Shown piece by piece: positions 16,780 to 28,500 of a stretch of 64,000 nucleotides of DNA. The stretch's first letter is position 1. The number at the start of each line of letters is the position of its first letter. The notes under the pieces are model-generated. The model worked only from the letters and a program-made list of their open reading frames with translations. It was not told the origin of the DNA and did not search any database. The stretch spans positions 3,782,001-3,846,000 of the forward strand of contig JBHGNT010000006.1 in the NCBI GenBank assembly GCA_043228905.1. The letters are read 5' to 3'. The stretch comes from Azolla caroliniana. Lineage: Eukaryota > Plantae > Polypodiophyta. Made by a program: the position numbers and the translations under genes.

Positions 16780-16910
16780 GCTAGTCGAACGCTTGCACTA
16801 GTCATAGATTCGAACTTAGTCGAACATTCGCTTGTAGATTCAAACTTAGTTGAACATTTGCCGTAGTCGTAGATTCGAACTTAGTCGAACATTTGTGCTA
16901 GTCGAAGAAG
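16780..16910. repeat. Short tandem array (tagattcgaacttagtcgaacatt)
   Basis: About 3-4 imperfect copies. Probably part of a decayed LTR element. Confidence 0.7.
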
Positions 16911-17904
16911 CGTGTTTGTCTCGGGCTCGAGCAAATGCTCGCGGAGTATCGAGCCGTTAGAGTTTGCCGATGCGAACTAGGTCATTTTGAATGCTTGACG
17001 GAGAGTTTAGACACAGGATTAATGCGATGAGCATCATTATGAGACAATATGACCTTGTGTTAGGAAGTGGACACTAAATTATATAAAAAAGGGCCCTTTA
17101 TAAAACAGGGATTCAAATTACACTGGGGGTACAAGCTCAAGCAAAGAAGAAAGAAAATGATAGGAGTGAAGTTCCAATGTAGGCGAGTTGAGTGGGTCAT
17201 CGAGACCACAACTATGTCTGATGGTTACGTTGCCTTGAATTACGGTAGAGCTCTTGTGCCACTCTATCCTCCGTACGAACAATCAACGTGTTAGCTTGTC
17301 GCCACAAGACCGAAGATATCGATCACCATGGTGAACACCAAGTGTGGAGAGCTCCTCCCTTCAAACGTCAAAAACCGCTCATCGTAGCTTTCACTTGAGT
17401 GTCGAAACCCTAGACAAGAAGAATAGAGGAAGGAAAGATATACCAAAGATGACCCACGCAAACACAATGGAGACTCCACGTGAGCCCGACGAAGACAAAG
17501 AATAGAGAAGAAGACTCTAGAAAGACAACACCACGAAAGAGACAGATCACGAACACGAAGAAGAAGAAAGCAAACACTCCCGAGCTCCCAAACTGGCCAA
17601 AGGAGACCACCAAAAACCGACAATGAAGAAGAGAAAACCAAAAGAAGAGAGGACCCCAAAATAAGAAAATTCAGGACCCAAAATAACCCCTCCCTCCTGC
17701 CTCATTTGCATTAAATGCAAATGCCCCTTTCCTCATATAAAAGTAATTAAAAGGAGTACACTTTAATGTAGCTGCTCTAGCCAAAAAATTACTCTACACC
17801 TCTTCTACATAAGGATACCCTAACCACAAGGCCATTCAATTTTATTATTTATATTTTGGCCCCCCTTTCTTTTTCCCTCTTTTCCCATGTGCTACACACA
17901 CACA

Positions 17905-17935
<31 letters not shown>

Positions 17936-17999
17936 GTAAATAATGGCTTTCATTATGAAAGAAAAAAACACCACCATGACTAACTTACAACAAACTATA

Positions 18000-18300
18000 G
18001 AACCCCTTCTATCTAGGGATCTAAAGAAAACTATGACACCAAACTCAATGCCACCCTACACACTAATTCAAATGGCGAATATGATGATATTTGACCTTGC
18101 AGAGTTCTCTCTCTTCCTGGTTGAGATTTCGTGACTTCTCTAGCACTGTCAATTGCCACAAAAGAAGTCCTTTTAACTTTAGAACATATTGTCTCACCCC
18201 CACTTGCGAATAAAAAATGAAGGCATTCCGCATATTCCAATTGAACCTTCTCTCCAATAAAAAAAAAAGATTGTATATAGCTTTTACCTTCTCTCACTCT
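18000..18300 (-). pseudogene. Second L1 ORF2 3' remnant
   Basis: NWNMRNAFIF motif, matching the motif in the 3920-4246 fragment. Confidence 0.55.
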
Positions 18301-18444
18301 TTCTCTATTATGATATCTCTTACAATATAATTTTGCTCAATTCCATACAATAATTCTATTCAATATGATTCAATGATTCCTTGATTTCCCTTGTGACCAT
18401 ACTCCCTTCTCCTTTTATAGGGAAGAGATGGTTCTACATGTGGG

Positions 18445-18542
18445 CCATGTGGCGCACATGCAGAGAGGCTCTTGCATGTGTGTTATATGGTGCACATGTA
18501 GAGAGGCTTTTGCATGTGCGCTATATGGTGCACATGTGGTAC
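18445..18542. repeat. ~38-bp tandem repeat of hairpin units
   Basis: g(c/t)gcacatg(c/t)agagaggct(c/t)ttgcatgtg x2.5. Each unit is an imperfect inverted repeat. Confidence 0.75.
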
Positions 18543-18597
18543 ATTTCATGCTTTAAACAATACAATAGTACAACTCATATAGTTTAGATACATTACA

Positions 18598-18830
18598 AGT
18601 GTAGGCTAAATTGTAAGGTTTGAATGCCCGTAAGGTTGGGGTTGTTGGTTCAAGTCCCCTTTTGCCCATGTAATTTGCTATATGATGTATTGCATGGTTT
18701 AGACTAAAATATACTACTTCAAATAAAACAACAAATATAACCTCTCGTAAATGATTAGTATAGGTTAAATGGTAAGGTTTGAGTGTCATAAGGTGGGGGT
18801 TATTGGCTCAAGTCCTCGTCCATGTAATAT
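18598..18830 (+). mobile_element. Two tandem degenerate tRNA-derived SINE heads
   Basis: taggctaaattgtaagg ... ggttcaagtccc (18600-18675) and taggttaaatggtaagg ... ggctcaagtcc (18760-18828), with A-box/B-box-like spacing. Confidence 0.45.
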
Positions 18831-18977
18831 AATATATATATTTTTTATTTTCCTCTACATATAATGTATAATATTATCATAGTGTGTTGTTAATATTACC
18901 TTTGTAAAACATTATCAAGATATATTTTATTTACGTATTTATCTTTTTGTAGACTTTTAATATGAAGCTTTCGTATT

Positions 18978-19817
18978 TCACGACACCGTGTGATGGCCAT
19001 GGTATACTGTATACCTTACATGTTCTCTTTGGGCGTATTCTTGGGGTCTTTCTATACGGGGTGGTCTCGGTGGCGTGGGTGGAGTGGAGTCGGAGGGCTT
19101 CTCACAGTTGTTCGTAGGCGCTTGAGTGGGTATCCGTAACCCACTCATTGAATCTTCGAAAGTCATCACTACCGTGCAGGCTTCAGCGAACGATCGACAC
19201 ATCCTGGCAATCAGGAAATTTTGGAGCGTCGGATCGAATAACCCATTGATGAAGCGGCTAATGAATTTGTCATCAGACATCTTGTCGCTTGGGCTACAAT
19301 GATGGTGTAGGGTTTTCGTGTGGCGTATGTAGTCCCTGATCGTCTCGTTCGCTTCTTGCTTGAGGGCGAAAAGTTGGTCGATCGGGTTCCATTTTTTCCC
19401 TCGACGAGCAAAGTTTATCAGGAAATCTTCGATGAGGTACTCGAAGTCCGGGACAATGTCCTCATTCAAGGTTCTAAACCAAATTCTGGCTTGGTCATCA
19501 AGTGTAAGTCCGAATGCGGCTACTTTGGTGATCTTTGTGAGGAGCTCATAAGCTCGACATATCTGCTTGAACCTCTCTACGTGATCATAGGCGTCACCGA
19601 AACCGAGAAAATGGGGTACTAGTTTAGAAATGGAAGCACTCTTCCCGCTGTCATTTGTATGGTTTCTCGAATGGTTTGTGGGCGCTCGCTCTTTTTCCAT
19701 CAATGCCACGAGGGTTGGATAGATTGTAACGCTAGTGCGAGTTCGGCGTTTGGGGATGCCGAGGCAGTTTGGTCGGGTGTAGGGGTCGTGTCCATATGTG
19801 GTGGTGTCAGGTGTCAT
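18978..19817 (-). CDS. Ty3/gypsy Gag (retrotransposon gag domain), 3'-truncated
   Basis: 279-aa ORF with F.G..DAY.HVERF, LTLDDQARIWF, LKQEANETIRDY, RFINGL and a decayed zinc knuckle at the end. No pol follows. Confidence 0.8.
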   Translation of the reverse strand: MTPDTTTYGHDPYTRPNCLGIPKRRTRTSVTIYPTLVALMEKERAPTNHSRNHTNDSGKSASISKLVPHFLGFGDAYDHVERFKQICRAYELLTKITKVAAFGLTLDDQARIWFRTLNEDIVPDFEYLIEDFLINFARRGKKWNPIDQLFALKQEANETIRDYIRHTKTLHHHCSPSDKMSDDKFISRFINGLFDPTLQNFLIARMCRSFAEACTVVMTFEDSMSGLRIPTQAPTNNCEKPSDSTPPTPPRPPRIERPQEYAQREHVRYTVYHGHHTVS

Positions 19818-20326
19818 TGCGTGTAGGCTTCGTTTGGACTGTCGCCCGTTGTGCTCGAATGCAGCGCGGGGCTGAGCTCACAGCCTCGACGGTGCGTATG
19901 TGACGATGCTTATAGGAGGTGAAGTTTTTGTTGCACTCATGCGAACCCGTCTTTCCTTTTTGCCAAAGCGGCTTCGATATCTCGGGTGATGCTTTCCAGT
20001 TGTCCTCCTTTCGCGAGTTGCATCGTCCATATATTGATTTCTTGTTCTATCACACGTAACTCCTGTGCGACATCCCGTATGTGTCGCTCTACGTTGAGTG
20101 GGTCTGCCATTGGGCTCTCCGGGGTGTGTTGAGAGGTGCTTTAGTTGCTAGGCTCGATGGGAGGTTCATGTTTGGTAGTGTCCCCGGGGATAACCACCCT
20201 CCGTGGTATCGAGCTGGGTTAGATGGGTTAGCACTATGTGTTTGGTTGGTTTGTGTGGACTCCTCCTGGCGTGCGGGTCGGGTTTTGAACATCTCTATCC
20301 ATGAGGATCCGGCCATGTTCTCTTGT

Positions 20327-20512
20327 CAAGCTTTGCGGGTTCGTTGAAAGATGATCTTTCGTCGAACTTTGTGGGTTTGGCAAACTTTGATCCTTCGTTG
20401 AACTTTGTGGGTTTGGAAAACTTTAATCTTTTGTCGAAGGATGTGGGTTCGTCGAAAGATGAGGGTTTGACAAACTTTGATCTTTCATCGAAGGATGTGG
20501 GTTCGTTGAAAG
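20327..20512. repeat. 18-bp tandem array in the Athila-like leader (continues at ~20975-21002 and 21686-21760)
   Basis: Units such as cgaactttgtgggtttgg, caaactttgatctttcgt, cgaaggatgtgggttcgt. Confidence 0.85.
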
Positions 20513-20787
20513 TGACAGGAATACATGCTCCCGATGAACAATGCTCGGCCACAACCGAGCCTAAGACAAAAAAATAACACAGAAAACGAGTAATGAACGC
20601 ACGACACAGTGAAGAGAAGAGTACACAGGATGTTAACGTGGAAAACCCAAACTAGGGAAAAACCACGACAACCCACAGACTACAAACTATCACTATATCA
20701 TAATGTACAATAGTAAAGCACTGAGGCAACGACCTCGAGCTTACTATCTTCGCCACAGGCGGCGGTTACAATAGAGGCAACGACCTC

Positions 20788-20859
<72 letters not shown>

Positions 20860-20975
20860 CACAATTACACACTCAAATCTTGCGCCAACAAGAGATGAAT
20901 ACAACTACCCTACACTAAGTTTGCCCTAAGTCATATTTATACTACTATGACTTTTCGGCTATTTATACTAATATG
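20513..20975 (-). mobile_element. Partial copia LTR (element B family) inserted in the array
   Basis: Aligns with 42200-42605 (tg(a/t)cagga...gctcggccacaac...cgtggaaaacccaaactagggaaaaaccac...gccctaagtcatatttata). The U3 end is missing. Confidence 0.85.
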
Positions 20976-21002
20976 ACTTTGACCTTTCGTCGAAAGATGC
21001 GT

Positions 21003-21685
21003 TGTCGTGAAGATTTTCGTCCACAAGCGGAAACCCGAGCAACGAGAGCCAAAGAGCGATGTGCAACGTTGCACACGTACATAATGTATTTGTAATAGTA
21101 ATAAAGGTATAAAGGAGATGTGGTTGTACGCACATCCATGCGAGAGAGAGAGAGAGAGGTACTATGCGGTACATAGGTACCTAGTTGTTTGTGAGGAGGT
21201 GGGAGTTAAGGGGCCATCAATCTCACCCTCCCCAAATCAAGGCAAATATCCCCTTTGAATGAAAGGGGATATTTTAGTCTCACTTTTGTAAGCGGTCTTC
21301 CCTCCTTGTGCTATAAAAGGAGAGAGAAGGCACCATTGTGGGGGTTGCCTATTTTGAGTGTGCGAGGTATACCACATAGGTCGAGCGTTAGGGTTCGATT
21401 AGGGTTTTCTTCTTGGGTTTTCCTTTAGGGTTTTCTTATAGTCGTTTGGTGCGGCCATGGCGGCCACCATTGTAAAGCGTTTATGTTTTCTTAATCGAAC
21501 TTCTTGTTGAGTATCTTGACTCCATCTTCTTCATCTTCTTCTATCATAATGTCATATTCGTTCTCTTCTCCTCTTGAGCTATGAGCTAATCTTCCATTCG
21601 TTGTCTTAACCTTTCTCCTCTTCTCCCTAGTCCAAGACCCCCGTGGTCCTGCCCCTTCCACATGCACGCGCGTAACAACGCGACA
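21003..21685 (+). mobile_element. Solo LTR (family F)
   Basis: Termini tgtcg...cgaca, probable 4-bp TSD gcgt/acgt, TATA ctataaaag at ~21311. 21300-21685 matches the reverse complement of 63619-64000. Confidence 0.75.
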
Positions 21686-21939
21686 ACGTGTTTGGCAAAC
21701 TTTGATCTTTCGTCGAATGATGCTTCCCTTATCGAACTTTGAACTTTCGACGAACTTTGAGTGGGAAATTTGAATTTCTTGGCGCAAACGGCCATTTCCT
21801 ATCCCGTAGGATGATCGTAATCAATGAGAATTGCGGTGATTATTCTTGCCCTGCAACGGCTAAATCTCAACAATGCTTAGCGTTAACCGGACGAATAGCT
21901 TGCTAATGTTCGGGCAATTAAGGAAGGGTAAATTAGAAC

Positions 21940-22075
21940 TAAAAAAACAAAAAATTAACTTAATTAAAATGTGAAATAATGAGCATAAAAAACAGAAAAT
22001 TAATTTAATTAAAATGTGAAATAGCGAGTATAAAAAACAGAAACTTAACTTAATTAAAATGTGAATAGCGAGCCT
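21940..22075. repeat. 45-bp AT-rich tandem repeat x3
   Basis: aaaaaacagaaa.ttaacttaattaaaatgtgaaatagcgag repeated. Confidence 0.85.
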
Positions 22076-22821
22076 TTTAATTAACACAAATAGTGGTTTC
22101 CTTACGATTTTCTTCCCTCGTTAAGTGGGTTGCCTACGAGTGTTTGACCACTCGAAAATCGGCTTCAAGCGTCGGTTGTATCCTCGGCAATGACGCCAAA
22201 TAGATGTGTAGGATCTATGTATCGATGGGGTTAGCTCCTCGATGTCGTTTGCGGAGTTCGGACCAGCGTATACCCTTTTGATGGCAAATCAGGCAGAGAT
22301 GGTTGTCGGGCACCTCCGAGCCTCACACTCACTTAACGATTAATAGATGATTAAGCACAATATCTCTCTCACTCTCTCAAGCTCGCTCTTATAGACAATA
22401 GGGTAATGAATATAGACAATAAGAGTAATGAATATGTTTATTAACCCTCTTTGCTAAGAGGTCTAGCACCAACAATGAAGAGAGATTAGTGTTCTCTAAC
22501 AAAACACCTCACTAATCTCTCTTAAGCTTAAAGGTTATGTCAAGAAGGAGGAGAGGAAGCTCTAGCTCTTAATCAATAGAGAGATCTTTACCAATGGAAG
22601 AACCCTTACAAAGTCACCACCATGTGGTTTATATAGCATTTACATTTAGGGTATGGACCTTTCACACTTTCCTCTTGCCATTTCCTCTTCGTAGGTCCTT
22701 TAGCCATACTACGTCCTTGTTGATGTGCTCTTCTTCATTACCGTACGTGGTGCGATCCAAACGCTTAACAGATGGTAGGAGGGAAAAAAAAACATATAAG
22801 TCGTAGAGATTGCAGTGATGT

Positions 22822-23100
22822 GCCTAGATGGATGTAGCTTAGTTGGTAAGGTTGCCCAATGGAGACCAGGTGGTCATGGGTTCAACCCCTACATTCCACA
22901 GTGGCATCTAGTGAATTAAGAGATATGTATGAAGTATATAATATAGAGGTGAGTAAAATTGGGTTTCGTACTTGTAGCGTAACAAGGTAAGCGAATTACG
23001 ATAAAAAAGAAAAGAGTATATAATAGAGAGGTGAGTAAAATTGGGTTTCGTACTTGTAGTGTAACAGGGTAAGTGAATTACGATAAAAAAGAAAGAAAGA
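22822..23100 (+). mobile_element. Complete tRNA-derived SINE with duplicated 3' body
   Basis: A box tagcttagttggta, B box ggttcaacccc, A-rich tail. Perfect 15-bp TSD agattgcagtgatgt at 22807-22821 and 23101-23115. An 82-bp 3' unit is present twice. Confidence 0.85.
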
Positions 23101-24894
23101 AGATTGCAGTGATGTACATGTGTAGCTTGTCACATGTGTTAGATATGTATGAAAAGTAGGTGTACCCTCGAGTTATATACATATATGTACGTATATTCAA
23201 TTAGCATCAAGGGGATGATGACACTTAAAGAAGGCCAAAACTTTTGACCATAGAAGAGTTTTATGAAACACATGTACATTGTAGACTATGATGATCTAAA
23301 CCCATCCTTTTTGGCGCCACATCATATTTTGAAAATTGTAATTCAATGCTCTGACTCAAGCTCTATGGAAACAATCACATGTGTGTACTTGATAGATTTT
23401 TGAAAATGGTAATTCAATGTTTCGTGTCTATATGAATGCAATGTGACATGATTGAAGCGATGTTATTTTTTTATTACACGTTATGTACATCTTTGACATA
23501 AAAAAATGTATGATTAAATATGATATAATTAACATCCCTCTACATCTCACACTCTAGAGTCTAGTCTAATTTCTAACATCTCATCATTCAAAAGTCATCA
23601 CTGAGAGGGACAGAGAGATGGAGAATCCTTTAGGAGTCATATTATATATATTTTTAGTTGATTGTGTTAGAATTTAGAAACAATCTCGAATCATCCTCTT
23701 TTTTTCGAGTAAAAGCTTCATTTTCATAAAAGCACGAGGATTGAAAATAGAGGATATCAGATTTCCCATCAAATCACGACAAGGCAATTATGGTATGAAT
23801 TCAAAACTTCAAAATCGTGAACTTAAACATACGTACATGGCACAAAAGCATGGGTCCTACACCAACTAAGTATAGGATAGATGTGGAAACGGGTATGGTC
23901 GATTGGAAAAGGTTTGCACTCACCATCACCATCACCATCACCATCACCATCGCCGCCACCACCGCACGTTCCCCACCCCACATTTGAAGAATGCTCCTCC
24001 ATGGTCCAAAATCAAGCATGGTGGAGTTAAGCATAGGTATGCAAGAGGAGATCAACAATCTACGAACTGTGGTGGTGGTGTGAAGAGTTTAAACAATGCA
24101 TTCGGCAAACGCACATCCCCCCCTTTTTCATTGTGTGTGTCCCATTCCCATTGTCCAAGAAAGAGGTTGGAGGTGAAGGCAAGTAGGGGCCCTATTTCCC
24201 GAGAGGTGTTCCCGTGGCCCTTCCCTATTTTGATGGCAATGGATGGAGGATATCGTTGGTTGGTTGGGGGCTCTCAATCGTATGCATTGTTGTATTAGTA
24301 TCTTTAGACTATGCCCGCTTTTTTGTTTTTTTTCTCCCATAAATATATGTTCATTATTAAAACAAGATGGTAATACAACCCTTGCTCTATCTAGTATTTC
24401 ATTAACAATGATATAGCAAGGCAAACTCTCTAAAGTATCAAGTGTTGTAATACTATATGACATAAATTTACCTCATCTTGGGACAACTCCCCCACCAACA
24501 TAGTTGCAAATGCCAAAATTTGTCAAATGAACTTTTGTTTTATCTTACGGTGTTGTTGCGGTACCCCCACAAAGTCCATCAAACAATAACCCATTTCTCA
24601 CGGCCTACTTAAACCAAATCCCCCAATACCTAAGGTAGTCAAACACGACTTGATATGATGGCCTGTGTAGAGCTTTAACACCATCAATGAAACCTAACTT
24701 AAAATGTGACAAAAAAATTCCTGTTCCTAATGCCCAAATTTGCGATATATAACCACTCAAATGGCTTCAGCAACCGGGCATTGTAATAAATCTATGTTAC
24801 TATGCCCCCCTCTCTATCTCTCTTGATTTTTACCTTAAGCAGCTTACCTTATTGGTAAAAGTTGTTTGATTACTAGCACTATGAGTTGGGGGTG

Positions 24895-25033
24895 TGAAAC
24901 CAAATTTCTCACCTTACTTATATATACAATATATCCTCTTAATTTTATTAAATGCCACTGTGGAATGAAGGGGTTGAACCCATGACCTTTTGGACTCTAT
25001 TGGGAGACGTTAACAAGTGTCTAATTGACTCCC
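24895..25033 (-). mobile_element. Second, older copy of the same SINE family
   Basis: The reverse complement contains ggtcatgggttcaacccct.cattccacagtggcat and aggtgag.aaatt.ggtttc, as in the 22822 copy. Confidence 0.75.
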
Positions 25034-25555
25034 ACTAGTAGTAAGTAAGTTTGAATAGACTAGTAATCATTAGAGGTCTTGGGTTCGAAATCTAACATTC
25101 TCACCTCTCTACTACATTCATTATTCATGCATGCATATATTCTCTTCATTTAAATACTCCATAGTACCATAGTATGAACCATACGTGCATTCGCATTCGA
25201 GGATGGTTCAAGTATTCGAGAATGGTAAAACACCCTCGAAGTATGGTAAATAGTAAATACCATACTTTTGTATTCATTATTTATTATAACTTATAAGGTA
25301 AAAATTGTTTTAAGGTAAAACGTGGGTTAAAAAAAGCATACGAATGTATTGAAAACATACGCATTCGTACTGTATGCTCCATACACTCACACACACACAC
25401 ACACACACTCTCTCTCTGTCTATCTGCGTCTCTGTTTTTCTCTCCCTTTCTGTTTTCTCTGTCTCTCTGTCTTCTGCCCGCCTGCTCTCTGCTACCAGAC
25501 CTCGCCCGCTTAGTATGCCGCCATCTCCCTGCGCTTAGAGAGCTTGCGCTTGACG

Positions 25556-28500
25556 ATGAATCTTCTTCTCCTGCAAGCCACAGAAGTAGCAGCAGCATGC
25601 ACCCCACCTCCCGCCTCGTCGCACTTCACCCGCCCTCGCTATCCTACAGTGCCGCCCATCGCCTGCAGCAGCTGGAAGAATTCACCTATTAGGTCGCCTG
25701 CTCGAATATCTCTTCGTCCCAATCCTGGTAATTCTACCCCTTCTCCCCCCCCCCCCCCCCCCCCCCCCCCAGCATTCTTGCCTCTTCACATCTGGTCTTT
25801 GTTTTCCGGCGTTTTATCTGATCAAAATCATGGCCCATTTCGTTCTTGTATATATGCCTGCATTCGATGCGAATATTACCGTGTCTATGTTCTATTTTCA
25901 CTTTTTCTACTTTCCCTCTCTATTTAGTACCAGTTATATCTGCTAATTCATGGTCCACTCCTCTGTCTTCATCCTCCCCATCTCGGCATGCATACACACT
26001 CCCTTGCTTAGAAAATTCTTGAAAAAATGGAACCTTTTATTATCCTATCTTTCTTCAACCATTACCATTCCATGCACCAGAGTATGCATGCATTTCATGG
26101 ATCCGTTTACAACCTTTGTTGTTAAGGTTACAGATTCTTCTTTTTAATCCTTGAGAAGAATACTTCTACATACATGCCAGATATGTACAATCAAATACTA
26201 CCGTTTTTCTACTCTTCTTACTCTGGAGACTACAAATGTCTTTTTCATTACAATTATTTCTATGAGGGTCATTGTGTATTTGAAATTGCAGAAAGCTTTG
26301 TGGCAGGGAATATACATCGTATCCCTATCAACAAGACACGATTATGGAGACCTGTGGGTCGATCTGCACATCCTGGGAGCTTTGCATGCCGAGCTACCGC
26401 AAGGTCTGTTGATGACGATCGGGATCCATCTAGAGAATCTGTTCCAGCAGTTGTTGACAACATTGCCCTATATTTTCCACCATGGATTGATGCTTTTTAT
26501 CGCTTCACAAGGCCTCACACTGTGATCGGCACGGTAATAACTTTCGTTCTCGCAGAAATTGATTTTTTCTTGCTGCTATGTTTTACACTCACATATATTA
26601 TATGTGAATTTTTATAATTCTTTCCTAACGATACTTAATAATGTACTAAGATCCATACACCTCATGCTTGTTGATTGCTTTCTCTTTGAGTGGAATGCTG
26701 CACCAGAAGCTATCTTATTGTTAAAAGGAGGCTGATGAGGTGTTAATCAATTGAGCACAGATATGTTCATAACGTAATAGCCTTTCTTTTATTTATGATA
26801 CAGGCTTTAGGTATTCTCTCCATTTCATTGCTTTCCATTCAGAGACTTGCAGATTTCTCTTCAATTTTTGCAATTGGATTAATTCAGGTAAGGATATTGA
26901 ACTCATGACCAGATAGTTTTGATAATCTAGCTTTAGTATTTTCTGGAGTCGTTACATTTACATTATCAGAACCAATTCACTGTCAGCAAATGTGTTAATG
27001 TCTAGAGCTTTTCACTCTTCAGTCTGTCTTCCACATGTTGGATACATTCATCTATCTCTTTTTATTCGCTGTTTCAGGCCCTTATTCCGGCATTGTTTAT
27101 GAACTTCTATATTGTGGGTTTAAACCAGATTTATGATATTGAAATTGATAAGGTAATTCTTTGAAGTTATGATAAGTTAGTTCTTCATTATGCTTTTATT
27201 TGCAAAAGCACTCTATATAGCACAATTCTCTCAGAGGGTTACGATCTTTAAGGAAACTTACAACAGAACTCGTTTCCTGGATCCATCTCCCCTTGCAGGT
27301 CAATAAACCAACTTTACCATTGGCTTCTGGTGAATTCTCACTCAATACAGGGATAGCCATAGTGACATCGTTTGCCATTCTGGTATTATTCTTTTTTGAG
27401 AGGCCTGACAATATTGTTTAAAAGGTCATTATCCTGTAACTAAACATATATTTTACAGAGCCTTGGAATGGGTGTGTACATAGGGTCCACACCTTTACTA
27501 TGGGCTCTTACAGTGAGCTTCATTCTTGGGACAGCTTATTCAATGGAGGTATGGTATCAACTAGAACACCATTTTGGAATGGTTTATCTTTCAGTTCATC
27601 ATGATTTACTTCATACTATAATGGAGCTGATGTACTGTATTTCAGCTGCCATTTTTGCGTTGGAAGCGATCAGCTTTTGCGGCAGCTACTTGCATTCTTT
27701 CTGTCAGGGCGATTGTGGTGCAACTAGCCTTCTATCTCCACATGCAGGTTTAGACTGGTGCAATGTGACTAGTATATTTTGTGTGTGATCATAACTGGTA
27801 TAGACTTTTAAAATTTACAACTACTGGGGGCCAATCTAAAATGAAAAAAAAAGGACTTCAACTGTCTCCATAACTTTAATTACGGTCTTAGGGGCCATGA
27901 AATGGTAGATGCTTGCCAATGTTCCCTTGATATTGTTATTAGAACACTATACTGTGTTTAAATGGAATATCAATCTCCTTTGCATCTCTTCATGAAGAAT
28001 TTGTTAAGAACTCTTCACATCCTAAGCACAAATTATCCTCTGTTCCCTTGTTCATCCACCCTCAAGACTCCACTATTTGTATTTGATATCACCCAAGACT
28101 TTAATCCCTGTTTTCAAGGAGGCAAAGCATGGTAATGGTCACCATGAGACATTTTCTTGATAGAAAAATTCTGAATTGATCTGCACAACCTTTTTACATG
28201 CTAAAACTGCAGAAATAGCAAAAGTAAGAGTCGCTCTTCCTTGACATACCGGGGTGACAAGTGTTGCTACATCAACATTTTTCCACATACACATCTATGT
28301 GGAACGGGAGCTCTTAAGTCCAATCATTATGCTCAAATGACACAAATCTCTCTTCTTTGTCATACCAGGGTGCCAAGTGTCACCACTTCAACATTTTTCC
28401 ATGAGAACATCAATGTTGAACTGGAGATCTAGGTCCAATCACTATGCTCAAATGACACAAATTGCCAGTGTTGGTGACTTTTTGCGAACCTGCTAAATAT

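Larger units (their letters stand above)
18978..22800 (-). mobile_element. Truncated Athila-like gypsy element (5' LTR remnant, PBS, long leader, gag)
   Basis: The minus strand at ~22179-22199 reads tttggcgtcattgccgaggat, close to the Athila tRNA-Asp PBS (tggcgccgttgccggggat). Gag lies downstream. The LTR boundary is uncertain. Confidence 0.6.

Noticed and set aside
22829-22900. tRNA gene
   Set aside because: A and B boxes are present but there is no convincing cloverleaf. The TSD and A-rich tail indicate a SINE.
23860-24298. His-rich ORF or gene fragment (YRIDVETGMVD faintly like SHMT)
   Set aside because: The His run comes from a (CACCAT)n microsatellite. There is no ATG-led frame or splice model, and the similarity is too short to support.
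25168-25388. MITE in the HPT promoter
   Set aside because: The terminal inverted match (gtatg.a.catac) is weak and no TSD was found.
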